DNA of 64,000 bases from Eledone cirrhosa (taxonomy: Eukaryota): NCBI GenBank assembly GCA_964016885.1, contig OZ024743.1:111290001-111354000 (forward strand). The letters are read 5' to 3'. The notes under the pieces are model-generated. The model made no database searches and was not told where the DNA came from. It saw only the letters and a program-made list of their open reading frames with translations. Both the position numbers and the translations under genes were made by a program. This document shows, in pieces, positions 12,330-25,207 of this stretch; position 1 is the first letter of the stretch; each line of letters begins with the position of its first letter.

Positions 12330-14225
12330 ATGGGAGGTGGCGAGCCAGTGCTGTTTACAAAAGGCTTGGATATCGTGGTAAGGGGGTGCTGTTAGATTAG
12401 TGGCTATATACGCTCTGGAAGGGGCCGGACGGCGGGATTTCTTTAGGCGCTTGGAAGACTTTCCGGCAATGTACTCCCTTGACTCTTATAAGGGACCTGG
12501 ACTGGTATTTTGATGGTACTCGATCATGTAGTAAATATCTATTTACCAGTGCACACTGCGAAGTTAAGATCTGATGGAACACTGTTGTTATAACACGTAT
12601 TTGCATCGCAAACACAATGTTCTAAAAACCTCCGCTAAGTACAAACCTCTACCTCCCTACGGACAACTGACGTTGCACACCAGGTCCGAACTCGGAAGAG
12701 CCGAACACCCACTGTCATCGCCTCCATCTCTCCTAAACTCCCCATCTCTCTGTATTATGAGCAAATGGGGTCCCACGTGCTGGCCACCCACGGCCCCGGC
12801 GCACAGAATGGAGAAGCTGTTTTCCCGAAGTATGGTAAGGGAGATGCGCTGGTAGCGCCATTCCATCTCACGAGGCTCACACCTGCGGCTAGCCAGCTCT
12901 ATGCGCTAGTGTGGACATTATCTAACCACATTGTTTAATCTAGATCATATATAGATTGTTTTTCTATTTGGTCAACAGATAAGGAAAGGATAGTTTGTCC
13001 ATATTTACAAACGGTCGCCTATACTAATCAAAATTTTGTGAGCTGCATGTTCGATCTATATAGAACGTATAGTCTAGCGCCTGGTTACTGGAAGCTCAAA
13101 ATGTTATTTCACTTGCATAAATCTTACAGGGACCGGGTCACCATAACTCATGGTGGATTAGAACTGTGAGGAGGTAACGAGCAGTGCGGTCAGTATTACC
13201 CAGAAAAGTGTTGAGAGGAAGCTACCCCATAAATTGCGCCTAACATCCATTACCGACTGATCACCGAGCATGGCATCCGTCCATGCTCACTAAACTGGAG
13301 CGCCTGAACTGTTTCTACTTTGTGAATTGTTATATTCAACTGGTCAAGCAGTACATTTTCTGCCAGCAAACATTGCCCTAAGGGTCGGGAATTCTGTGTC
13401 TCCTGATACAAAATCATATGCTGAGGCCATGGCATTTGCAGATATTCTTAAACGGTGAACAAGTGCGGTCACCGTTTTGAGGCACGTTGTTCCGGAGCTC
13501 ATGTCCGTGACTGAGCTACAGTCATGGGTCAAACGAAGACCGAAACTGTGTGCCTGGCACCTATCAGTCGGGCAATGCGGCCAGTAGAATTTACATGTTA
13601 GTTTTCTAAATAAGATTAGCGGTGGGAAAATGCGACGTTCCTCTCAATGACACTGAATACGTCGACGCGCACGAACTATCTCATCAGCTGCGGAGGACTT
13701 TCGGTCTGGGGCCTGTGGATAACATTTTAGAAAGTCCTGACCTCTTCGGGCTATTGGTGTCACCGCCGGTTGGAGAGAAACAATATAGGAATGGGTGGGC
13801 GGTGCGGTCAGACGTACGTAACCAAGAGCATCGAACCCTTACTGCACGCGCTCATCATATGTACTGGCATTGTTGATGTCGAACATTTATTGTCTAGTAT
13901 GCGATAGATTTGCCTGTCGGCCTATGTCATCGTGAAGATGTCCCCACCATATTACTTTGGATGAGTAGGACAGGACATTGTTCAATCTGATGACTATAGT
14001 GCAAGAGGTTGGGTGGTGGTGGCGAAAGAGAGGATTGAAGAAAAACAATTTCCACTTCAGCCAAGCTCTCATCAACATTTTCAAGTTTCAGTTGGAAAAG
14101 GTGAATATGAAGATGGAAGTGGCGGCTTCCATTACAAAATTTTAAATGTGGGTGAATGTAGCGAGGATGGCCTCAAAAAACAGTGCAACGTTGCGCATGC
14201 ACCTGTTCACTGGAGAGTTCAGAGA
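12330..14225 (-). mobile_element. Decayed CRE-like (RLE) non-LTR retrotransposon fragment
   Basis: Island of raised GC; minus-strand peptide 'ELASRRCEPREMEWRYQRISLTILRENSFSIL' (~12800-12900) resembles the CRE C-terminal motif 'EPRE..L.QR.S.A..RGNA..IL'. Confidence 0.5.
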
Positions 14226-14510
14226 CGAGTGTGTGTGTGGGGGGGGGGGGCTTTCTTAGTTATATCAATTATTTCAAGATGCGATTAGCCACCGTTTTCT
14301 AATGGTAAGCTGTAGCCGGTGATGTATACATTGTCTTAAAATGTGGCCTTAAATGTTTAAACTGTATTGTGAAATAAACGAGATTCGGTTACTATTTCTC
14401 ACAAGACATGTTATCACGCAGATATTCCCTAAAGGCATCAAGATTCTAATTAATATGAAATGGCTTCAGTTGGGATTTGAAACAACACTGATGTCTTCTT
14501 TTGTGAACAG

Positions 14511-14658
14511 GATTCTAGAAAAATTTACAGTTGATTATTTCGATCTTTATCCCGGTATTCAACCATTGTCAACAGCGTATTGGAATTCAAATCCATTGAA
14601 AAGGAGTCTTACAAATGCTGCAGCTTTTAGTACACGTTACACAGGCAGCATTACAATT
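14511..14658 (+). CDS. Candidate internal coding exon of an unidentified host gene
   Basis: Acceptor tcttttgtgaacag|, donor |gtaagc, 148 bp, open frame ILEKFTVDYFDLYPGIQPLSTAYWNSNPLKRSLTNAAAFSTRYTGSITI in unique sequence. Confidence 0.35.
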
Positions 14659-17600
14659 GTAAGCTCTTGTTGAATGGTGAGCGCTGGGAACCACTTCACT
14701 ATTGTTATTGATGGTACATTGAAATTGTGATAATTCTAATTTAACTTCCCTTAATACAATATACATCAATATTGTCAGAAATATAATTAAATATTGAAGA
14801 AGTTGATTTTGATAAACGGATTAATTTAAAGAGAAAAAATATTATTTTCATATCCCTGAATTCTACAATAACGATAACTAAGCAAAGATTGTGTGCCTAC
14901 ATTACTTTTCAACCTGGGCAATATAGCAGCTAAATTTCTTAAGAATGAACCCCTATCTTAAATAATGAATGACATGTTCTAAAATGTAGTTCAAAATACA
15001 CAATAAAGAGAGAATCTTTATGATTTGAATATTAAAGAATCACATGTATGCATAATCATTGTTGACCTGGAGCTACTTAAGGAGAAATAAAAACAATGCT
15101 TAGTAATTAGTTCCCATATCAGCTTAATTAGTTCATAATTGTTGCTGATTTGTTGTTGTTAAGGCTCATGTCACTTGTAATTGAAAGCACTATGCTGGTC
15201 GCTCAAGCGCATAATATTCTTTCGCATTGCCTGAAAAAAGAAAAAAAAAGAAAAAGAAAACAATGTATAATTCTGCACTAGTATTCCGTCAGTCCAAACC
15301 ATTGTATTAGAAAAATATCATGTTGATATATGAATATATGCATAGCGATAGCAGAGGCTTCTTAAAATCACAATTCTTCTTATTCTATTTTACTTATCTT
15401 CTGAATATCTCATCAAATGGTTTAGAATTAGCAATTCAAGTGAATATGCTTTATATCGTATATCAAATATGGTTATAATGTTCAGAATACGGTATTTAAC
15501 GCTTCCGTTAAATTATTTTTTATGACATACATTGCCCACATGTTTCAATTAATTCAAAAATGTGAAATTCTATTCTATATATAACATCTCATTAAGGTAG
15601 TTAGAACGTTCACTAACAAAAGTTTCTGACATGCAACTATGTTGTATGTTTTATATTAAAACGCGAAATATTTTGTTCAATCATAATATTACAGGTGGTT
15701 TGGTATGGAAAAGGGTTAATAGAGAATAACATATTTCAAACTATAATTCTTCCCCTGATTTAGGTACTACATAAATATATTATTTCCCATTTACATTAGA
15801 GTTAGAGCTTTAGTTAATTGTAATTTTCTTTTTTTAACACAACCAGCAGAACAAATATCGTTTTCAAATCATTGTTGAGAACTGCAGAGGTTTTAAACTG
15901 CATTGCTTAAAGAGTTATCTAGAACTACAAGTATAGTGTCCTTATTTATAATCATCTGAAGAGGTAAACATGCCTACTCCAAAGATGGATTCATTGCTTA
16001 TGATATCCACCATATCACTTAATTATCAAAATTCCTCTCCATCGGCCGCTTCAATTATTCCCCTAAGCTATGTATATATGTGTCCCCACAATATGTTTCT
16101 CTGTGCGTGAATATAGTACTAATATTCAGGCTTGGTCATAGTGTACTTTTCTCAAATTGTCAGAAGCGTATGTCACTTTCGGCAAACAAAGATTGATTCT
16201 AGTGTTCTTTGTCTAAGTGTGTATATGTAACACAATTTATTCTTAATTTATTGAATTATCCCCATTTCTGTAATTGTTTGGCTTTCTTTTATCAAATGTG
16301 AGTATAATTTTCTATAATATACATTGCAGCTCTTACATAACAGCATCTATGATACTGGCTCCATTGATTTATTTCACTTTCTATATAAGCGGGGTAGACA
16401 TAGATAAACTCCCGCATATTTACACGTATGTGTGTATGTGATTGCTTGCGTGTGCATTTTATAGCATGAGACATAGAGAGATAGTTATCTGTAAAAAGAC
16501 TTTGAATATTTTCTGAACTGCAATTTCAGGCCAATTTTTCCCCGTTCAATTTCATAAAAGGCTCTTGTGTCACAATAAGAACGTTATAAAACCAACACCG
16601 CCACGGCCAGTAGAATGTTGAAACTAGACGTTTTCATTTTAATTCTTGTTTCATACCCAAACCCGGATTACAATCCTTTCGAAAAGGTTCTTACATTTTA
16701 TATTACGTGGCTCTTGTACGTTTTGGCCTAGGAAATATGGAAAGTAAACCAGCTCTCACAAAAAGGCATGAGATGAAATATTCAGCTTTTGCAATAAAGT
16801 AACAATAATAATAACAAACCCATAAACAGAAACATATGACAACAGCAAAGCGAAGAACGATGCCAACTAATAATGATAATAATGATAATAATAATGATTG
16901 AGATGACGTTGGGAAAAAGATGAGATGCAGATTTTAGAATGTGTTATAAGAGTGTGCGTATGTATGTATGCGTGTTGTTTTGGAAGGGTACATGGGGTAT
17001 ATAGGAGGCATTTGTGGTGATTTCGAGGTGTGTGAGCGGTTGTTGTCATTGTAAGAGGCGTACAAGGCGATGTAGAAAGTGAAAAAGAAATTCTTTCTGG
17101 TGCGCGGGAAAAGTGGGTAGGGGATGGATGGACGAGGATCGAGAAGTTTTGTCTTCAAAACGGAGGTGTTGACATCGACAATAAGAATGAATGACAGTCA
17201 GCCGGATAGTGAGATAGAAAGAGGCAGAGAAACAGAGGCAGACAGGTCAGACACACATTGGAAAAGAAAACACACAAAAAATTAAAAATAAAAATAAAAA
17301 AAGAGAAGGGAAACAAAGGCATGCTCTGACTGAAGCAGACATCCTGACAGTCACCAGTCTGTCAAGCAGGGCAGGTAGACTGATTTAAGGGGATAGAAAA
17401 CACAAACATACAGAGAGTGAAAGATGGAAAGAGAGAGACAAAGAGGTATGGAGAGATCATATAAATGTGTGTGGAAGCAAGGGAGAAATGAGGTCAAATG
17501 GTAAAGATGAATGTGGTGTGATGGTAAATCTATAGGAAGAGTAAGTGTTTAAGACTGAGAAATATAGAGGCGGGCTGAGACAGTATCTAACATGAGAGAA

Positions 17601-18510
17601 AGAGAGGAAAGAGACAGTGACCGTTTGAGGGAGAGTCGGGAAGGTGTAAGGGAGTGAGAGTGTGTGACGGAGAGAGAGAGAGAATGAGGGAGAAAGATTG
17701 AATGAAAGAGAGAAAGAAAACTTGTGTTATTGTGATTTTTGTGTGCGTTCATATATTCACCTTGTCTATCTTTTAGTTGGTTGCTGCGTGCGACTGTGTC
17801 TGTGCGCGAGAGTGTCTGTGAACGCGTGCGTGTAAGTGCTTGCTGTTATGTGTGTACCTCTCTCTATATACGTTTTTGTGTGTGTGTATGTTTAAGATGG
17901 AATGTGGGGGTTAAATTCGATGAGAATGGTGGTGGGAGGTGTTTGCGAGAAAATTACACGTGCTGACGCCAACCGTTCTTAATGGTTTCTCTTCGAACGA
18001 AGACATTTCCCCTCTATCTCTACCTCTCCACGCTGTCTCCCTCTTCCTCTATCTTCCATACCACTCTGTACTCCTCCATGGCACACCATTCCTCATTCTA
18101 ACACACCCTACTCAATAACACCCTTCTTAGCACTCTATGCGATTCTACTACACTCCAATCATACTACCCAATGACTACCCACTCTCTAAAGCCTTCCCAC
18201 CCCTTCCAGTTCTACTATATCCATCAACACTACAACTGCAAACCAGCACACCACAACTACCACTACCATCACTGCACCAAACATCACCACTGGAATTACC
18301 ACTACCACCACTGTGGTAAATATCACCATAACGACAACCACTAGCTCGACTGCGGTAAACATCACCAAAAACCACCAATAAAAACATTGCGAAAAACACC
18401 ACCAGCAAATTGCTACTGCCACCAATTCAGTAAACATCATCACTACAACTACTACCACTGTCACTGCAGCTAGCATTCTCACCACAAATACTACTACTAC
18501 CACGGCGGTA

Positions 18511-21010
18511 AACATGGACAGAACTAGCTTAAGATCCTCTACCAGCACTACCACAAACATCGACAGAACTAGCTTAGGATCCACTACCAGCACTACGGCA
18601 AACATTGACAGAACTAGCTTAAGATCCTCTACCAGCACTACGGCAAACATCGACAGGACTAGCGTAAGGTCCTCTACCAGCACTACGACAAACATCGACA
18701 GAACTAGCTTAAGATCCTCTACCAGCACTACGGCAAACATCGACAGAACTAGCTTAAGATCCTCTACCAGCACTACGGCAAACATCGACAGAACTAGCTT
18801 AAGATCCTCTACCAGCACTACGACAAACATCGACAGAACTAGCTTAAGATACACTAGCAGCACTACGACAAACATCGACAGAACTAGCTTAAGATCCTCT
18901 ACCAGCACTACGACAAACATCGACAGAACTAGCTTAAGATCCTCTACCAGCACTACGACAAACATCGACAGAACTAGCTTAAGATCCACTACCAGCACTA
19001 CGGCAAACATTGACAGAACTAGCTTAAGATACTCTACCAGCACTACGGCAAACATCGACAGGACTAGCGTAAGGTCCTCTACCAGCACTACGACAAACAT
19101 CGACAGAACTAGCTTAAGATCCTCTACCAGCACTACGGCAAACATCGACAGAACTAGCTTAAGATCCTCTACCAGCACTACGGCAAACATCGACAGAACT
19201 AGCTTAAGATCCTCTACCAGCACTACGACAAACATCGACAGAACTAGCTTAAGATCCTCTACCAGCACTACGACAAACATCGATAGAACTAGCTTAAGAT
19301 CCTCTACCAGCATTACCACAAACATTGACATAACTAGCTTAAGATACACTAGCAGCACTACGGCAAATATTGAGAGAACTAGCTTAAGATCCTCTACCAG
19401 CACTACGGCAAACATCGACAGAACTAGCTTAGGATCCACTACCAGCACTACGGCAAACATTGACAGAACTAGCTTAAGATCCACTACCAGCACTACCACA
19501 AACATCGACAGAACTAGCGTAAGATCCACTAGCAGCACTACGGCAAATATTGAGAGAACTAGCTTAAGATCCTCTACCAGCAATACGGCAAACATTGACA
19601 GAACTAGCTTAAGATCCTCTACCAGCACTACGACAAACATCGACAGAACTAGCTTAGGATCCACTACCAGCACTACGGCAAACATTGACAGAACTAGCTT
19701 AAGATCCTCTACCAGCACTACGACAAACATCGACAGAACTAGCTTAAGATCCTCTACCAGCACTACGGCAAACATCGACAGAACTAGCTTAAGATCCTCT
19801 ACCAGCACTACGACAAACATCGACAGAACTAGCTTAGGATCCACTACCAGCACTACGGCAAACATTGACAGAACTAGCTTAAGATACTCTACCAGCACTA
19901 CGGCAAACATCGACAGGACTAGCGTAAGGTCCTCTACCAGCACTACGACAAACATCGACAGAACTAGCTTAAGATCCTCTACCAGCACTACGGCAAACAT
20001 CGACAGAACTAGCTTAAGATCCTCTACCAGCACTACGACAAACATCGACAGAACTAGCTTAGGATCCTCTACCAGCATTACCACAAACATTGACATAACT
20101 AGCTTAAGATACACTAGCAGCACTACGGCAAATATTGAGAGAACTAGCTTAAGATCCTCTACCAGCACTACGACAAACATCGACAGAACTAGCTTAGGAT
20201 CCACTACCAGCACTACGGCAAACATTGACAGAACTAGCTTAAGATCCACTACCAGCACTACCACAAACATCGACAGAACTAGCGTAAGATCCACTAGCAG
20301 CACTACGGCAAATATTGAGAGAACTAGCTTAAGATCCTCTACCAGCAATACGGCAAACATTGACAGAACTAGCTTAAGATCCTCTACCAGCACTACGACA
20401 AACATCGACAGAACTAGCTTAAGATCCTCTACCAGCACTACGACAAACATCGACAGAACTAGCTTAAGATCCTCTACCAGCACTACGACAAACATCGACA
20501 GAACTAGCTTAAGATCCTCTACCAGCATTACCACAAACATCGACATAACTAGCTTAAGATCCTCTACCAGCATTACCACAAACATCGACATAACTAGCTT
20601 AAGATACACTAGCAGCACTACGGCAAACATTGACAGAACTAACTTAAGATCCTCTACCAGCACTACGACAAACATCGACAGAACTAGCTTAAGATCCTCT
20701 ACCAGCACTACGACAAACATCGACAGAACTAGCTTAAGATCCTCTACCAGCATTACCACAAACATCGACATAACTAGCTTAAGATACACTAGCAGCACTA
20801 CGGCAAACATTGACAGCACTAGCTTAAGATGCACTACCAGCACTACGTCAAACATTGACAGAACTAGCTTAAGATACACTACCAGCACTACGGCAAACAT
20901 TGACAGAACTAGCTTAAGATACACTACCAGCACTACGGCAAACATTGACAGAACTAGCTTAAGATACCCTACCAGCACTACGGCAACCATTGACAGAACT
21001 AGCTTAGGAT
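18511..21010. repeat. 45-bp minisatellite, ~55 units
   Basis: Unit aacatcgacagaactagcttaagatcctctaccagcactacg(g/a)ca; higher-order duplication with 765-bp (17-unit) spacing. Confidence 0.97.
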
Positions 21011-21108
21011 CCCCAACCAAGACTGCGTCTAACACCTTCAGCACTGACTTAAGCACCACTACCAACAGTTCCACTAGTATCACCACGAAATTGCCATCGC
21101 TACTATGA
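18514..21108 (+). CDS. Possible mucin-like Thr/Ser-rich repeat exon (NIDRTSLRSSTSTTA)n
   Basis: 864-aa ORF; Thr-rich non-repeat flanks in the same frame; no splice evidence. Confidence 0.35.
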   Translation: MDRTSLRSSTSTTTNIDRTSLGSTTSTTANIDRTSLRSSTSTTANIDRTSVRSSTSTTTNIDRTSLRSSTSTTANIDRTSLRSSTSTTANIDRTSLRSSTSTTTNIDRTSLRYTSSTTTNIDRTSLRSSTSTTTNIDRTSLRSSTSTTTNIDRTSLRSTTSTTANIDRTSLRYSTSTTANIDRTSVRSSTSTTTNIDRTSLRSSTSTTANIDRTSLRSSTSTTANIDRTSLRSSTSTTTNIDRTSLRSSTSTTTNIDRTSLRSSTSITTNIDITSLRYTSSTTANIERTSLRSSTSTTANIDRTSLGSTTSTTANIDRTSLRSTTSTTTNIDRTSVRSTSSTTANIERTSLRSSTSNTANIDRTSLRSSTSTTTNIDRTSLGSTTSTTANIDRTSLRSSTSTTTNIDRTSLRSSTSTTANIDRTSLRSSTSTTTNIDRTSLGSTTSTTANIDRTSLRYSTSTTANIDRTSVRSSTSTTTNIDRTSLRSSTSTTANIDRTSLRSSTSTTTNIDRTSLGSSTSITTNIDITSLRYTSSTTANIERTSLRSSTSTTTNIDRTSLGSTTSTTANIDRTSLRSTTSTTTNIDRTSVRSTSSTTANIERTSLRSSTSNTANIDRTSLRSSTSTTTNIDRTSLRSSTSTTTNIDRTSLRSSTSTTTNIDRTSLRSSTSITTNIDITSLRSSTSITTNIDITSLRYTSSTTANIDRTNLRSSTSTTTNIDRTSLRSSTSTTTNIDRTSLRSSTSITTNIDITSLRYTSSTTANIDSTSLRCTTSTTSNIDRTSLRYTTSTTANIDRTSLRYTTSTTANIDRTSLRYPTSTTATIDRTSLGSPTKTASNTFSTDLSTTTNSSTSITTKLPSLL

Positions 21109-21676
21109 ATTGTGGTTGCTGTGGGGAAAGTATTTGGGTGAGCAGTTTATTGAAAGTGGGGGAGTTGTTTATGTCTCTGAAGTCGTGGAGGGTGTGGGAC
21201 AGTATTGCTGTTTACATAATTCATATTCCCGGCCCTAGTGTGAGGCGAGTGTAGTATTGGCTGCAGAGGTGGTGGTGTGATTAGGCGGAATGTCATTGTT
21301 TAGCTCTGGAGCAGCCCTAATTTAATGTCATCATCATCAAGTACCTAATCAGCTAATCGTTGTGTGCCACTTTATACCTCTTCGCATTCATCATTCAGCA
21401 ATGGTGTATATTATCCATCATAGGCAGAATTGTCATGGTGTTGTGTTCAAATCTTTCCTTGGTGTTGTCGAAGCAGGATTTTATTTCCCTGTCGCTTTGC
21501 TGACTTTCCTAAGTTTTGCAATGATGGTTAATTGTGAACAGTGAATGGTGGAAATATACGAGAATGTACAATGCACGCTTGCCTCTTTTTACTTCTTGTC
21601 TTGAAATTGTGAGCTTAATCTCAATTGATCGAAGTTTTTTCCCATATGCTATGTACACATTGGGAGACAATATTTG

Positions 21677-21716
<40 letters not shown>

Positions 21717-21718
<2 letters not shown>

Positions 21719-21884
21719 AGCTGAGGTACCCGGCCTCGCCCGGAAGAAATTTAAGAAAATAACGATAAAAGAAAAAACGACTGTATTGGATGTGTTGTCT
21801 GGTTTACAGTATGAGGTGAGACCGTAATGTGTGTGCGTGCGTGCGTGATGTGTGCGCGCGCGTGTGTGTGTGTGTGTGTGTGTG

Positions 21885-21931
<47 letters not shown>

Positions 21932-22962
21932 AATAAAACTTCCTAATTAGGCTGGGGGAGTAAACTGCCGATTAAATGGCCTCATTGGTTTTGGATTTTA
22001 AATGTTGTTAAATAACCATAGTCAGTATGATTATTTTCAGCTGCAAAGGACGTCTTCTGAAACGCAGCAATATACCGCATAACATTGCTTCTGAAGTGTT
22101 TAGCTTCGTTAATTTGGTCTGTAAGCAGTATATAGAAGCAGTGGAAGTCTGACCTTTCCTCCTAGGCAACACATGCCAAGTGTAATAGCCATGCTACAAA
22201 TCGCGACTTTAGGATAATTTCTATAATTCTTCGATGGATCATATGAAAACGCAATTCTTAGCCAGTGTATTCTGCCTTGAAGAGTCGTTGGTGCTCGTCG
22301 AGTTTGCATCGCAACTCTCATTGCCTCTTGGTGATTTTCATATTGAACTTTTGTTTATTGCAATAGTCTTTCTTCGTGCCTCAATATTTCTGTTTCCTGA
22401 CTTTGTACACTTTCAGAATGTTGCTATGGTATTTCTTGTTGTCTTAATATTTCTGTTTCCCGTCTCATATTCTGCTGAATGTCACAATGTTGACTTGTCC
22501 CTTTATTCCCAATTTTTTTTTATTTTATATTGTTCGTGAGTTTCTCTTTCGCTTGAAGATTTTAACTGTTTGGCAGAAGTTGTAACTCCCCCAATAGATG
22601 AGCGGTGTTTTGGTGACATGATGAAATTAATTTTCTTGGAAAATATCGTGAAAAAAAGCAATGCAAAGAAATATAAAGAAAAAAACAAACAGAAATTAAT
22701 GCAAATAACAGACTGAGAGAATAGGTTGACACTCCACCATCTGAATTAGGTCAATAATAACATGACACTATCCTCAAAAATTAATTTCAAATAGCATCAA
22801 GTTTTTCTGTGTTCTGTAAAATCACAGACTGGTGTAAACAACTTTATAAAAGCTAACGCAATATTGTTAAACCTTCAACTGATACTTTAAGATGATTCTA
22901 GACTTTTGTGGGACGTCTAACACTTTAATTGTCTCTCTGTGTATAATGGATTATCTCTCTCC

Positions 22963-23031
<69 letters not shown>

Positions 23032-23154
23032 TATATATGCCTCTCCCTCTGTGTCTCTCTCTCTTTAGATGTGTTTGTGTATGTGTGTATGTGCATGTGT
23101 GTGTCTATGTTTATTTTTAATGTTATCCGGCAATTGGCGAAATCAGGTGTCAAA

Positions 23155-23186
<32 letters not shown>

Positions 23187-23374
23187 TATGCGAGCGACTA
23201 CATATACAAGATATCCCCTTCTGTCTCTGTCTCTCTCTCTGAATAACTAACACTTTAATTGTATCTCTCTCTGCCTAACGGCCTATCTCTCTCTTTTACC
23301 CCCCCCCCCCCTCTGTTTTTCTGTCTCTCTCTGTAGATGTGTGTGTGTAGTTTTCCTAATCTCTCTCTCTCCCT

Positions 23375-23423
<49 letters not shown>

Positions 23424-23757
23424 ATATTGAAGGGAGATACGGAAACTAAAACAGTGTTGTCATATAGAGAGTGAAGAATGACGGAGAGAGTAAAGCAGTT
23501 CAATTATAGAGAGGGGCAATGATCTATTATAGCCAGAGCGACGGAGAGAGTAACGGGGGGTGGGTGTAGGATACATACATACATACATAATACATACATA
23601 ATGACAGTGAAGAGCGAGAGAGAGTAAAGCAGTTAAATTATAGAGAGAGGGAATGATCTATTATAAAGAGAGGGAAGAGCGACGGAGAGAGTAAATCTAA
23701 GAAACTATAAGGAGGTGTGTAGGATACATACGACGCTCGGCTTTATAATATTATAGA
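21717..23757 (-). mobile_element. Helitron (non-autonomous deletion derivative)
   Basis: Minus strand: 5' TCTATAATATTATAAAG, 3' GC-rich ccgggcgaggccggg hairpin then CTTG (variant of CTRR), A|T target; internal RepHel N-terminal remnant 'WLRIAFSYDPSKNY..GMCCLGGKVRLP'. Confidence 0.8.
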
Positions 23758-23848
23758 TATATAGATTTTTTTTTTTTTGCAGGGAGCCCTCCTCAGGCAT
23801 TTTTGCCCTTTTTTGACACAAATAATCAACACATATTTTTATCCTTTT

Positions 23849-23913
<65 letters not shown>

Positions 23914-24318
23914 ATAGAAGACATTTACCAAGCTTCCTCATTTTAGAAAACTGAAAGTATTATAAATCAATATTGAAATGAACGAGTGTACTTTTGTTTA
24001 GATTCATGTTTGTGAGTTTGTATAGTTTTCTATTGCCATGTGTGTGACTGATGGAATGAAGTGATCAAAATCGGAAAGTTCCTTTCAAATATCTTTCTGA
24101 ATACCGGTCTTTTCTGTGTGATTTTTAAGTCAACTTTTGACGCTGAGTAGGATGTGATTAATTTCGTCAACAGGTAATTATCTAGAATTAGTGACTTCTG
24201 GGAAATGGTACTTTACTATGTCAACTTAGAATGATAGGTTGCCTTCATACCATTCGTCACTAAAACACAAAAGGCTATTTGTCAAATGCTATAGCAATTT
24301 ACTATAATCATTATGATT

Positions 24319-24452
24319 AGGGCGGGGTTTGGCACTATCGGTAGAGAGTCAGACCACATGCTTTGCGGAAAAGATTTACGGCCCTTTATTTCTGAGTTCA
24401 AATCCTGCCGAGGTTAGTTTTGCCTTTCATCCTTACAGGTGTCGATAATATA
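24319..24452 (+). mobile_element. tRNA-derived SINE
   Basis: Same family as 3550-3739. Confidence 0.8.
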
Positions 24453-24470
24453 AAGAAGCATAAAATATAA

Positions 24471-24732
24471 ATGTGACTTCTAGGATTTTCCGAAGCTAAA
24501 GGAGAAGCTCAATGAAATCAGTGTTGAGGATGTGATTGAAATCAAGGAGGCTGTGACAAGCACCTCCAACACCTTCACTTTGAAGGACAACTAGGGAGCC
24601 TTCCAGGGGTGGCTGGAGCACTACAACAAATTCATTGTAGTTAGAGGATTCTACTAAAGTTTTCTGTTGATCTGTGTTAAATAAATGTCTCTCTCATACA
24701 AACCTTAAAATCTCTTGGGTGTGCTTCGTATA
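24471..24732 (+). mobile_element. Mariner transposase C-terminal remnant with probable 3' TIR
   Basis: Translates CDF*DFPKLKEKL..EDVIEIKEAVT..GAFQGWLEHYNKFIVVRGFY, like the mariner 'PCDFWLFPKLK..W.ERY.KCI...G.Y' terminus. Confidence 0.75.
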
Positions 24733-25124
24733 TAGTTAAATATGAATTAAGCTACACCTAATATAGTTAGACAAAAGATTGTTCAATCAAAAGAAATAAC
24801 ACCTACATTAGTTCATTAATCTATAAGAATTGTTTATACCTAATGACGTTTGTCTCATGATGGAGGATTTATTCATTAAACAGATTTTGGTGCGTTATAT
24901 TACCTATCTTCCACGACATGTAATTAACGCACATTTTTTTCTGGAAACATGAAAGGCATTATTGATAATGTGGGTTTCGTGAACGAATAAATACTGCAAG
25001 ATATGAAATCCCTCTCACCGGCATCTGTGACATCAACTACAGAAATAATGAAATAAGTCAGTGATTTTGTTGGATCTCATTAATGACATTCACGCAAACA
25101 ATATATTTGAAAAGTATGCTGCTG

Positions 25125-25172
25125 CTGATAATGATGATGATAAAGATGATGATGGTTATGATGATGATGATG

Positions 25173-25207
<35 letters not shown>

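Noticed and set aside
17900-17975. Promoter (cacgtg and tgacg motifs)
   Set aside because: Short motifs occur by chance; no transcript evidence
18186-21086. 966-aa hydrophobic minus-strand ORF as a membrane protein
   Set aside because: Antisense reading of the minisatellite or Thr-rich frame
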